This document shows, in pieces, positions 1 through 10,618 of a stretch of DNA of 64,000 bases. The translations under genes were made by a program, and so were the position numbers. The notes below the pieces were generated by a model that saw only the letters and a program-made list of their open reading frames with translations, had not been told where the DNA came from and did no database searches. The stretch spans positions 1,588,696 through 1,652,695 of the forward strand of contig NW_003314276.1 of NCBI RefSeq assembly GCF_000143415.4, written 5' to 3'. The stretch is from Selaginella moellendorffii (taxonomy: Eukaryota > Plantae > Lycopodiophyta). Position 1 is the first letter of the stretch; every line of letters begins with the position of its first letter.

Positions 1-38
1 TAATCTAATGCTTCCCTCATGCTTCATGTATTCTGTAG

Positions 39-226
39 GTCCCTCGGGGCGAAATATACACCTCAGCTGGCCAACTCGCTTCAACATATGCGTTGGAGTC
101 GCAAGAGGGCTCGCCCATTTGCACGAGGAGTCGTCACCGCGTATTATACATCGAGACATCAAATCTACCAATGTACTTTTGGATCAAGCTCTGGTGGCAA
201 AGATAGCGGACTTTGACTCGCCATGA
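39..226 (+). pseudogene. Receptor-like kinase catalytic-domain exon fragment, truncated at the DFG motif
   Basis: After acceptor TTCTGTAG: [48 protein letters not shown] then stop. The expected DFGLA is broken and no downstream kinase exons are seen. Confidence 0.75.
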
Positions 227-543
227 AGAGGATCTTCTTTGGCAAACAATGGTATTCTTCCAAGGTAGAGTCTCCATGTCTCTCGAGTTTTGAGTTTCCA
301 GGACAATGATGCCGAGGACTTTACGACAGTAAACTTCCAAGGCAGAGTGGAAATCAAGGTCCAAGTTCTGAACATCCAGGACGATGCAAAGGTATACTTC
401 CTAAGGTAGAGTCTATATCTCTTAAGTTTTAATTACAACAGTAATACTTCCTAATGTAGAGTAGGAAACAAGCTCCATATCTCTCGAATCTTGAGCTTTA
501 TCAGCGAAATAGATAGGGAAAATGCTATAGAGATGGCAGGAAT

Positions 544-2499
544 ATGCCCAACCCCGGCATCTTGAAAGCCCTCCAAAGCATTGACAGTGGCATCGCGGCC
601 GCCAGTTCCGACACGTACGCGTCTCTCCTCCGTGGATGCCGCCGCATCAGCGAGGTCTCGCTCATCCATGCTCACGTCTCCAGCAATGGCTGGATCCGCA
701 AGGCCTTCGTCGCGAATCTCGTCGTACAGATGTACGGCGCCCTCGGCGGCGCTGGCGACGCGTGGCAAGCCTTCTCTACAATGCCCACCAGGAATCTTTT
801 CTCCTGGAACATCACTCTGGGCGCACACACGCGGCACGAGGAGCTGGAATATGCCAGGAACCTCTTTCGAAAGATGCCCAGCCACGATACCGTGTCGTGG
901 AATCTCATGTTTACAGCATATGCCCAATCCGGGCATCTTGCCGTTGCGAGGAATCTCTTTGATTCTATGCCCAGGAAGAGCCCCGTGTCTTGGAACTCGA
1001 TGGTGCAAGCCTACATTAGCCATGGATTCCTGGACGAGGCTAGGGTTTTGTTTGATCGCACTCCTGGAAAGAACGTCGTGTCCTGGAACGCTATGATCCA
1101 GGCGTATGCCGAGAGAGAGAATTTGCGGCGGTCAAGAGATCTCTTTGACAGAATGCCGCTCACGGATCTCATCTCCTGGACGACGATCGTCACGGGTCAC
1201 GTCGCGCAGGGCAAGATCGACGAGGGTAGGGTTTTGTTCCTAGCGATGCCGGAGAGGAGTGCTGTGGCTTGGAACGCGATGATCCAGGCGAGCTGCCAGG
1301 AAGGGGATGTGGATGCCGCGTCCGCGCTCTTCACGGCTATGCCGGCTGGACGGGATTGCAGCTCCTGGACGTCGATGATCTCTGGCTATGCCAGGAACAA
1401 TCGAATCGGGGCTGCGGTGGCGGTGTTTTGGCGAATGCCGGCGTGGAGTGTGATTTCCTGGAATGCCATGGCCATTGCGCTGGCCGAGAGCGGCGATCTC
1501 TCCTCGGCCAAGATTCTCTTCGATCGCATCCCAGAGAAGAACAGCGTCTCCTGGAACGCGATGATCCAGGGCTACACCGTGAGCGGGGATTTGATCGCCG
1601 CTATGGAGGTCTTCGATCGAATGCCGCAGCTCGACGTGATCTCCTTCACCACGATCGTCGCGGCGATCGCACAGGGCGGAGATCTGGATCGCGCCAGGGT
1701 GCTGTTCGATGCCATGCCAGAGCGAAATCTCGTGTCCTGGAACGCGATGATGGCCGGCTACGCCCAGAACGGCGATCCGAGCTCGGCTATGGTGCTGCTC
1801 AAGCTCCTGGATCAAGACGGCCTCCGGCCCAACGCCATCACTTTCGTCGTGGCGCTAGATTCGTGTGCCAATCTCGCGGCGCTGGCCCAGGGCAAGCTCC
1901 TCCTCGCCGAGATATCCCTCCTCCAGGACGAGCTGTGCCAGTCGATCGAGCTCGGCAACGCAGCGATCAATCTCCTCGGCAAATGCGGGCAGCTGGATCA
2001 AGCCCGCCAGATCTTCGATTCCTGGAACACTGGCCGTGGTGATGCCGTGGCCTGGAACACCACGATCGCGGCCTACGCCCAGAATGGCATGGGCCGCGAC
2101 GCGATGGAGCTCTTCACGGCCATGAATCTCGAGGGCGTGGAGGTGGACGACGTGACGCTCTTGAGCGTCCTGGCGTCAACCAGCGGCTCTGACGCGATCC
2201 AGTTCTTCCACTCCATCGCCGCGGACTACCAATGCGCGCACAGCCGCGAGCACTTCCTGTGCCTGGCCGACGCACTGGGGCGATGGGGCAAGCTCCGTGA
2301 GGCGCTGGCGGTGATCCTGGCGATGCCCTACGCGCCCAACCTCATCGCGTGGACGACGCTGCTGAGCGCTTGCAAGGGCCACGCGGACGTGGAGATAGGC
2401 CAGGAGGCAGCGAGGAGGGCGAGCGAGCTCTGGCCCGAGAGCCCCGCGCCATACATCGCGCTCTCGAGCATCTATGCCGCGCGCTTTTTCAAAAGTTAG
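544..2499 (+). CDS. PLS-class pentatricopeptide repeat protein with C-terminal E-type domain, no DYW (putative organellar RNA-editing factor)
   Basis: Intronless 651-aa ORF with many ~31-aa repeats (e.g. WNSMVQAYISHGFLDEARVLFDRTPGKNVVS) and E-domain tail MPYAPNLIAWTTLLSACKGH...PYIALSSIYA. Confidence 0.93.
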   Translation: MPNPGILKALQSIDSGIAAASSDTYASLLRGCRRISEVSLIHAHVSSNGWIRKAFVANLVVQMYGALGGAGDAWQAFSTMPTRNLFSWNITLGAHTRHEELEYARNLFRKMPSHDTVSWNLMFTAYAQSGHLAVARNLFDSMPRKSPVSWNSMVQAYISHGFLDEARVLFDRTPGKNVVSWNAMIQAYAERENLRRSRDLFDRMPLTDLISWTTIVTGHVAQGKIDEGRVLFLAMPERSAVAWNAMIQASCQEGDVDAASALFTAMPAGRDCSSWTSMISGYARNNRIGAAVAVFWRMPAWSVISWNAMAIALAESGDLSSAKILFDRIPEKNSVSWNAMIQGYTVSGDLIAAMEVFDRMPQLDVISFTTIVAAIAQGGDLDRARVLFDAMPERNLVSWNAMMAGYAQNGDPSSAMVLLKLLDQDGLRPNAITFVVALDSCANLAALAQGKLLLAEISLLQDELCQSIELGNAAINLLGKCGQLDQARQIFDSWNTGRGDAVAWNTTIAAYAQNGMGRDAMELFTAMNLEGVEVDDVTLLSVLASTSGSDAIQFFHSIAADYQCAHSREHFLCLADALGRWGKLREALAVILAMPYAPNLIAWTTLLSACKGHADVEIGQEAARRASELWPESPAPYIALSSIYAARFFKS

Positions 2500-2810
2500 G
2501 GCACGGGCGAATATTCACCTTTAGGGTTAAAGGTAATTTTAGGGTTCTTGGCATTTTGTCCTTATCGATCGCAATAGCTGCTACTCTGCCAGTAGAGAAA
2601 CACATGGACGTGGTGCCGCTGAGCAAGCGCATTTGGTAGCGGATGAGCCGGCTGATCTGATCATGACCACCGTTCCAAAGTTTGATTCAGATGTGGTTCG
2701 AGTGCTTCCGCTGTCCAAGGAGAACACAATCGTTTATTCCTAGACGATCTTCCATAGTTTTGAGGAACAATAGCTAAATTACCATAGACAATAGCAATGG
2801 CTTTCTTCTT

Positions 2811-4613
2811 TCAGTGAACAAAAGTTTGAAAAACTCTCATCCCCAAGAACGAAGAATAGAGCACGAGAAGCCCAATTCCCAGCGCTCGACTGGGTTGCAT
2901 CCTCCTCCCCGGAAGAAGTAGCAGCGTCCAGATCAATCCCACCACCAAGAAGCCAATGGTGTAGTACAAGCTTCGATCGCTGGGGACGACGAAGGACGCT
3001 GGATACGTCTTCAAGCTCGCCAGCAGCAGCGAGATCCCCAGCCCAACCAGAGTGTTAAACATCGGCCCCGCATAGCAGCCCGATACCGCCACCTGAGCTC
3101 CATCACCTCCACTGGAAGCCATGGCGACGTTGGCCATGAGATCGCCCATCGAGTTCCCCCACGCCAGCACCGTCAAGCCCAGCAGCGACGAGTCGATCTC
3201 CAGGATTACCCCCAGGCTGACGAGAACCGCCACGAGCTCCTTGGCGATGATGTAGAACCAGACGATGCTCATGAGGAACCCTCCCACCACCCAGGGAAAG
3301 ACGAAGCTCCGAGGAGGATGATCCGGGGTCGTGACGAAGAAAGCCGCCAGGCCGAGCACAGCTCCACTGCCAAATCCCCAGGAGTAGACGTAGAAGGCGC
3401 TGGAGGGCGAAACTCCGGCGCTCAGGAGGAACGCGAGGAGAACCGGAGCTAGAGTGACGCTCGCCACTGCCACCGGACGAGACCATCGCTTGTCCTCCAC
3501 GAGAGGAATCGTGAGCTGCCTGGGAATAGTGAGCGGCCAGTCGATCACCATCTTGAAGAGCCTGTGGAAAAAGCTCTTCCAGTTCCGAGAAGACTCGTGC
3601 TCCTCTTGCTGCTCGCTCCATCCCCAGAGCGGGCGAGGAACAGCCTCCTCGACTGGCTGCTGGTGCGCGTAGATCGCTACGTGAGAAGCCCACCTCCACT
3701 GCGGCAACGTGATCTCGATCGGGTTGCTCGTCGCCCCGGAAGAATCCGGATCCATCAGCGGTGTGTACCAGTTGTTCTCTGGATCCTCGTCGTGAACCAC
3801 GGCTTGCATGGGCAGCCACCGTAGCTTGGATGCTTGCTTCTTGATCACCTCCGAGGCAGCCACAGTGATGGCATAGACGAGATAGATCGAGACGAAGGCC
3901 ACAGCTCCCCAGAAACTAATCCTCCCAACGTAGAGAATGATCGTGAGGATCGCGAGGGTGACGAGGAAGAAGCAAACGTCCCGGATGAAGCAGTGGCGAT
4001 CGAGCTGGACGGAGGAAGAAGCTCTCCCGGCAGTGATCACGTAGACGAGCCCCGCCACCACCGAAGTCACGAACACCGCTCCTCCAAGAACACTGTTGAG
4101 GCCAACTTCGCCGGCTCCAGCTCCCACGAAGGCCGCGATGCTGGCGAAGACGTCCGGAGCTCCATTGCCGAGAGGGAGCAAGGAGACCCCCGCGACGGTG
4201 GGAGGGAGATGGAGCAAGCTGGAGAGCTTCTGGAGCGAGCAGCAAAAGTAGTCGGCGGCGGTGTTGCCCAGCATGTAGAAGAGCGAGGCGAGCCAAATGC
4301 CCAGCAGCAAATGCCCCAGCCATGGGAGAGCTCCAAAGCGGCAGAAGAAGATCCGCGTGTAATCGATGGCGCCCCCCGACGCGCAGTCGCGGGCGTGAGC
4401 CTTGACGAAGGAACACGCATCGTGAGATTTCCCTGGGCTGTCACAGCCGCCGCTGCCGATCAAGTGATTTGGGGCGGCTGCCGGCTGCGCGAGCGCGAGA
4501 TCAAGGAGCGCTCTTCCCCGCGAGTGGCTGATTGCCGCGGGATTGGAGGGAATGCGCCCGGAGAGGAAGAGGAGAAGCACGGCCCACGAAGCCAACCCTA
4601 GAACGGACCTCAT
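2811..4613 (-). CDS. CCX: Cation/calcium exchanger (CCX family)
   Basis: Intronless 600-aa membrane protein; alpha-1 repeat LGNGAPDVFAS and alpha-2 repeat AWGNSMGDLMAN; hydrophobic N-terminus. Confidence 0.93.
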   Translation of the reverse strand: MRSVLGLASWAVLLLFLSGRIPSNPAAISHSRGRALLDLALAQPAAAPNHLIGSGGCDSPGKSHDACSFVKAHARDCASGGAIDYTRIFFCRFGALPWLGHLLLGIWLASLFYMLGNTAADYFCCSLQKLSSLLHLPPTVAGVSLLPLGNGAPDVFASIAAFVGAGAGEVGLNSVLGGAVFVTSVVAGLVYVITAGRASSSVQLDRHCFIRDVCFFLVTLAILTIILYVGRISFWGAVAFVSIYLVYAITVAASEVIKKQASKLRWLPMQAVVHDEDPENNWYTPLMDPDSSGATSNPIEITLPQWRWASHVAIYAHQQPVEEAVPRPLWGWSEQQEEHESSRNWKSFFHRLFKMVIDWPLTIPRQLTIPLVEDKRWSRPVAVASVTLAPVLLAFLLSAGVSPSSAFYVYSWGFGSGAVLGLAAFFVTTPDHPPRSFVFPWVVGGFLMSIVWFYIIAKELVAVLVSLGVILEIDSSLLGLTVLAWGNSMGDLMANVAMASSGGDGAQVAVSGCYAGPMFNTLVGLGISLLLASLKTYPASFVVPSDRSLYYTIGFLVVGLIWTLLLLPGRRMQPSRALGIGLLVLYSSFLGMRVFQTFVH

Positions 4614-4644
4614 CGAAGACGCTGCTCCTCATCTCCAACCCAAA

Positions 4645-4706
4645 AAATTAGGGTTCTTGGGAAAATGGGCAAAATACGGCTTCATAGAAAAATTAGGGTT
4701 CTTGGA
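4645..4706 (-). promoter_or_regulatory. Duplicated telo-box-like elements upstream of CCX
   Basis: AAAATTAGGGTTCTTGG occurs twice; the minus strand reads AACCCTAA. Confidence 0.4.
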
Positions 4707-4763
4707 GAGGTCACAAACATTTACTAGAGGTCGCGCAAAAAAAAGTGTTTTGAAGAAGGCTCT

Positions 4764-5353
4764 TCAGTAGCCTCCCTTGAGATCGTTGACGACATCGTAT
4801 GGCACAGGAGTGACAGTCTCTAGCGTCGCGCCCTCGACGATGAATCCGGGCTTTGGCCCCGCGGGCTGGCGCTTGAGGCACGTCTTGTTGCCACTCTTCC
4901 TCGCCTCCGCACTGCTCTTGATTCTCTTGAGGAAATCCTCCCGGCAGCGCGAGGGCTTGACGTGCTCGATCCGGACGTGTAGCCTCTTCTTGATGATCCT
5001 GTTCCCCACCTAGCAGAAGAAGCACAGGAATCCACATCAAAATCTTGCGAAAACCCACATCGAATTGGAAAGGAAAGAGCTAAAACTCGAAAGATTGATC
5101 GATCCGCGAGGCATACCTGCTTGTTCATCTCGACTCCGACCGCGCGCTTGGTGACATTCCACACAACCCCGGTGCGGCCGTGGTAAAATTTGTGCGGCAT
5201 GCCCTTGTGGATCGCGCCATTCACCTTGACATCCACGTAGTCGCCCACACGGAATGTGCGCAGGTAGACGCTGAGCGGGATCGGCCCCTTCTTGCGGAAC
5301 TCCCTCGCAAACAGATCCCTGGTGCGCGCCCTCTGCCCGTGTCCCGCCGGCAT
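4764..5353 (-). CDS. RPL21: 60S ribosomal protein L21 (eL21); exons 5353-5117 and 5009-4764
   Basis: [15 protein letters not shown]...[31 protein letters not shown]|[26 protein letters not shown]...DLKGGY; GT-AG phase-0 intron; 160 aa. Confidence 0.97.
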
Positions 5354-5486
5354 TGCGTTAGCTCCTTCTTTCCCCTAGCCGCCGGAAGAACCCTAATCCT
5401 GTGAGCCCTAGGATCGATTTAAAGATCAGAACGGACGGTCAGGATGATACAATGAAAATGCCCGGGTTTTAGGGCTCTTGGTTGGA
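5354..5486. promoter_or_regulatory. Compact bidirectional promoter between RPL21 and TDP1 with telo-box-like motifs
   Basis: 133 bp between divergent ATGs; AACCCTAAT near 5389 and TTTTAGGG near 5467. Confidence 0.55.
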
Positions 5487-8153
5487 ATGGAAGTCGAGGT
5501 ATCTTCTTCCTTGCGATCGGGATCGCGGCGGTTTTGATTTGTTGCTCTTTCCCTGCCAGGATCAAATCGGATTGCTGCTTCCGCTGCTTGCAAATGGAGA
5601 GGAGGATCCGTCGGTTGCAGCGATACCGATATTTCGAGGTTCCAACTCGGTCGGAAGGAGCAGCAATCTTGTTGTTGAGGTTTCTTCGTCGGCATTGGAG
5701 ATGGAGATTTCAGTGGTATGATCCTTGCATTTTCTTTGTTTTCTCGATCGATCGATGCACTCCAGACAGGGTCGAGCTCAATCTCGATCAAATCGGGCTC
5801 CAGCGTGAAGATTATCCTCAGCTCGCAGTCCAAATCTCCACTCCGTGCTGGCGACATTGTCGAGATGGTCCCAGGAGATCGCTTCTTCAAGTTTATGCTG
5901 TGTTCTGCGCTTAAAGGGAAGGCAGTAGCATCTCAAAGTGACAATGTGCTTGCTTCCAACAAGCGAAAGCGGCAAATCGAGGACGACGAAGCATTCGCCC
6001 GAGCTTTGCAGCAGGAGGTATCTATCCAATCTCTTTTCCTATCTTCGTTCGTGAAACAAGCATTTCCTCTTGTGAGCTCAGGAGATGGCGACGACTGTGC
6101 GCTCGAAGAACACGCGAGGTGGCGAGCCCGAGAAGTCGAAAATGCTTCACAGCGCGAGGTCGCCTTGTGGTTTCCAGCTACTGCGAGTTCAAGGCTTGCC
6201 CGACTGGGCGAACGCTGGGTGCGTGCGAATTTCTGATGTGATAAAGGTAATTCGTGCTTTGGTGCTCTTACGTTTAAGAACTTTTCTGATTGAGTCAGGG
6301 CGATGTTCTCGTTGCGATCCTCTCAAATTATATGGTGGACATCGAGTGGCTGCTCTCTGGTAAAGCTACTGCTTTTTTTTTTTCTTCCAAATAATTTTTT
6401 TATTCGTAGCTTGCCCGCTTTTGAGGTCGATCCCGCAAGTGGTGATGATCCACGGAGAGAGCAACGTTTCACAACTGCAGGTTTGCGCTGTTGTGTTTAT
6501 TGTGTAGCTTTCGTGTAATGCTTTTTTTGTTATCTTTGTGTGTAGTCTGTGAAGCCAAGTAACTGGCTACTCTTCAAGCCGAGATTGTGGATCTCATATG
6601 GAACACACCATTCCAAAGCCATGCTACTTGTTTATCCAACTGGTGTCCGAGTTGTTGTGCACACTGCAAACCTGATCAATATCGATTGGAATAACAAGAC
6701 TCAAGGCTTGTGGATGCAAGATTTTCCTTTCAAAAGTATGACGGGGATTACCACTGCATCAGACTTTGAAAACGATCTGGTGGACTATTTGACAGCCCTT
6801 GAGGTACGTCAAGTTTCCTGTAGCCTTTCGCGAACAAGATCAGTTTTTTTACAGTGGTCAGGATGTACCGTAGATGTCCAACACCATGGACAGATGAAGA
6901 TCAACGCAATCTACTTCCGAAACTTCGATTTCAGCAATGCTGCGGTAATTATATTTCGCACTTTTAAGTGAATGGAACTGACGCTTCTAGCTACCAGGTA
7001 CGGCTGATAGGATCCATACCTGGCTATCACAGTGGCCCTCAGCTGAATAAGTGGGGTCATATGAAGCTCCGTTCGATTTTGAAGGAAGAGAAGTTTGATA
7101 AAAAGTTCCAGAATTCTCCTCTTGTGTATCAGGTACCTAGAGTCACGATCTATGCATCGTCGTAACTTGCTTCATCTCTTGCAGTTTTCCTCGCTTGGAT
7201 CGCTTGACGAGAAATGGATGGAAGAATTCTCGTCTTCGCTAAGCGAAGGTTCGACACTTGATGGGCGACGCTTGGGCTTAGGAGAAGCTCAAATTATTTT
7301 TCCCACCGTTGAAGACGTTCGACAATCACTCGAGGTCAGCGATTGTTTCCCGTTATAGACGCTGGAACTGAACTTACATCGTCTTCTCAGGGCTATCGTG
7401 CTGGGGCCGCGATTCCAAGTCCCGCGAAAAATGTGGAGAAGCCACTGCTTAAGAAGTACTGGTCGCGGTGGCAAGCAGAGCATACTGGAAGAAGGTTTAC
7501 CATTGTTTCAAACGCTGCAAAAACTCAAGCTCTTGTTCTTGTCATGCAGTCGTGCTATGCCTCACATCAAGACTTTTGTACGCTTTCGGGAAAACGCTCT
7601 GGCGTAAGTCCGTGCATTTCCTTGATATTTTGTGACATATCTCCCACGCAGTTGGGTGTGTCTCACGTCCTCGAATCTCAGCAAAGCGGCGTGGGGTGCT
7701 TTGCAAAAGAACAAGACACAACTAATGATCCGTTCTTACGAGGTTTGCATTCCTAATGAAATGAGCTTCGCAGCAGTCCTGACTTCATCTTCTCCCCAGC
7801 TGGGTGTAGTTTTCCTGCCTTCGATGCTCAGCAAATTCAAGAACAGATACTCTTGCACCGAAGACTTGCCCCTGATCAACGAAAACGAGGCTTGCGAAAC
7901 CGGAGAAGCACCCAACGTGAAGCTGTACACTCTCGCTGCCACCGAGAGCGTGGACGAGGAAGAAGATACCAACGCGAAGATTATAAGGCTGCCTCTGCCT
8001 TACGCATTGCCGCCGCCTCGATACTCCTCGCAAGGTTTGAAGCTTCCATTGTCTTTAGAGTGGCTTGCTGGATTCTTCGTGCCAGATGAACCATGGAAGT
8101 GGGACAAGCAATACTTACACCCAGACGTCTATGGCAAACGATGGCCAAACTAA
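5487..8153 (+). CDS. TDP1: Tyrosyl-DNA phosphodiesterase 1, multi-exon, with probable N-terminal FHA region
   Basis: Catalytic motifs [13 protein letters not shown]...HTANL and RAMPHIKTF...[11 protein letters not shown], plus YQFSSLGSL and IRSYELGV, over many short GT-AG introns; ends DVYGKRWPN*. Start ATG 5487 is inferred. Confidence 0.92.
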
Positions 8154-8506
8154 AGGCCTCGATACTCCTCGCAAGGTTTGAATCACTTCCATGTTTTTAT
8201 CATTGTCTTGACGATGGTTTGCTCGAATCTCCATTCCAGATGAATCATGGAAGTGATACTTATGGAAAGGTTTCCTTAATATTTTTCTTTTATGGATAGA
8301 GCTTATATAACTTTGGCCCTTTCTACTAATAGAAAGTACGCCGCCGGAGGAGCCCTAAAAATCCCACAAGTGCGAATGGTTGGACGGCCAGGATGCGCTG
8401 CGATTGGAGCTCGGCTATGGGGCGCCAAGGAAGGTGAAGTTTGGGACTCGAGGTGACAAGGCCGTGAAGATTGGTTCGTGGGTTTTAGGGGTTTAGGGCA
8501 ACAGGG

Positions 8507-9590
8507 ATGCGGGAAATCCATAGCGTCTTGCGCTGCCGCCAACTGCTGAGGAGTCATCGTCGCTTCTACGGCCTCGCGGCTTCCAAGCGTAAGTAAAAAG
8601 GAAAGAACAAATGGAATTTGCGCTGACAAGGGAGGTTTTTCTCGTGTTTGTAGAGATGAAGAACGCCGCGGAAGGGCGGCCGAAGAAGATCAAGTTTTTC
8701 GTGGGGAGCCAGAGGAGCAATGTGGAGGCGCTCAAGCGAGAGAAGCACTTGGAAAACTCTCCTGGTGAGTTTTGAGAGCTGGGATCACTATGGAGAAACT
8801 ATAAATTGTGGTTATGGCAGGATGGATCGAGGCTTTTTGTTCGCAGAAGGAGAACGATCTTTTCGTGAGAGTTGACACCGACTTCATCCGGGATCAGTTT
8901 AATCTCCACGGGCTTAGCAACGAGGTCTTGGATTATCATGGATCTCTGCGTGACATCCTCGAGACGTACAGTAAGTTCTCAAGCTCTCTCGTTCTCACTC
9001 CCTCCTTGAATATTCTCGTTTTTCCAGGGGGGTATTTCGATGAAGAAGCGCAAAAGTTGTATGGTCTGATCCACAGGCGGTACATTCTATCCACCAAAGG
9101 ACTCGAGGCCATGGTACGTTTTCTCACATCACTTATAAAACGCTTCTTTTGTTCATCATGTTTTTTTCTTCTCCTCTTGTCCAGGCGAGAAAGTTCAAGC
9201 ACGAAGAGTTTGAAAAGTGCCCGAGATCCTGCTGCGAGGATCAAACTTGTCTTCCAGTTGGGCTCTCGGACGATCCAGGAGTGTCCACGGTTCGCTTCTT
9301 CTGCCCCCGGTGCGAAGACGTGTTTGATCCGATCGCCGTGCAACATCGAAGTAAGCAAAGTTCCTGTTGTTATCTTATCTTTCTCGCCATCGCTAAGATC
9401 TCTGTTCTGGATTCCAGGTGTCGATGGCGCATACTTTGGTCCCACATTCGCGCACTTGCTACTCCTGACGCATCCCATGGAAATCAAGCCCTGTGTCAAG
9501 CATCCATCGTCGTCTGGCTACGTTCCCAGGATCTTTGGCTTTAAAATTCATAAACCATCCGCGTCTAGCGATGATATGGAAGTTGCTTGA
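8507..9590 (+). CDS. CKB: Divergent casein kinase II regulatory beta subunit; exons 8507-8588, 8654-8764, 8821-8970, 9028-9113, 9185-9350, 9418-9590 (255 aa)
   Basis: WIEAFCSQKENDLFVRVDTDFIRDQFNLHGL, LYGLIHRRYILS, zinc finger CPRSCC..CLPVGLSD..FFCPRCEDVF, VDGAYFGPTFAHLLL, YVPRIFGFKIH. All six exons join in frame by GT-AG; the first two exons are less certain. Confidence 0.85.
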
Positions 9591-9788
9591 CAATCCAGTC
9601 GATTTTTTCTCATATTTTCCTGACGATCTTGTACTTATAATCGAGAAATCCACAGGGTAAAAAAAGGTTCCAAAGAAGAAACTAGCCGTTATTTCTTACG
9701 TTCTTACGTGGTTGTAAAAACTCTTTTCTGCCTGTGTATACAGTGGAATTCTCCGCCCTTTTCCCTTATCTTTCTCGAATCGAATCGA

Positions 9789-10425
9789 ATGGACAGCGCC
9801 AGAGCTTTTTGTGATCCGCGCTTCCATCACAGCCAGCGAGCTTTGGTGCCGAGATTACGACGAAGAAGCAGTCGAATTCGCTGCGCTGGTGGAGGAGATC
9901 ACAGCCAAAGTTTCTTGCATCGGCTAGGCGAGGCCTGGAGCGTTGTCTTGGGCTTACAATCGACGGAGGTAGCTACAAGCTTCCTGGTTTTTCCTCATCG
10001 CTTGTTCGTTCTTTCCAGGCCGGGACGAGGAGGGTCGCCAAGCAGAGATTTTCCAAGCTTCTCGTCACTGACAGAGGCTTCGACGCCGAGAAGCTCTCGC
10101 ATTTCTACAGCCTGGTAAGCAAGCAAGCTTGTCAAGATTAGAACACGAGCTAGAGGCTTAGAACACAAGAGCTAGAAACTTACAAGTTTTCTTATACCAA
10201 AGGCAAAGGCGGCCATCTCGGAGCACGTAGTTCTCGAAGACAAGCAGGTAACTCGTTGATAGAGTAGCGTTTTCATTTCCGAAGTGACGATGGATCAAAC
10301 AGGGAAAAGCCACAGTCGAAAGACTCGGGGAGTTGCAACTCCAGTTCAACGTGAAGAGGATAAAGAGTTCCGCGCAGAACGAGCCTTGGGCGGTGCCGAC
10401 GCTGATCGAGTACGAGCCGGAGTGA
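9789..10425 (+). CDS. MinE-like plastid division topological specificity factor (divergent); exons 9789-9968, 10019-10114, 10203-10247, 10303-10425 (147 aa)
   Basis: Three phase-0 GT-AG introns give a transit-peptide-like N-terminus, then TRRVAKQRFSKLLVTDR (MinE-type AKxRL..I...R helix) and AISEHVVLE..LQFNVKRIK, which resembles the plant MinE C-terminal V-R-R-V-K region. Confidence 0.65.
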
Positions 10426-10618
10426 GAGATCTGCTAGAGGGCGACCGAGCGATGAATCACCTGTGTACACAAGTTTCTAAAAGAAAGTTACCATTGTCGA
10501 TCTAGATATTCACAAGCTTAGAGATCGAGAAAATGGATTCTGCTCATCAAACCTGTGTAGCCAACCTCTGTTTTTTTTCTTCCATCGCGGGCTTGTTTAG
10601 TACAGCGAGAACTCGCGA

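Noticed and set aside
451-4601. Many overlapping or antisense ORFs inside the PPR and CCX genes
   Set aside because: Shadow ORFs of GC-rich coding sequence with no recognisable motifs.
8481-8498. Interstitial telomere (TTTAGGG x2)
   Set aside because: Only two imperfect units near a gene start; better explained as telo-box-like promoter motifs.
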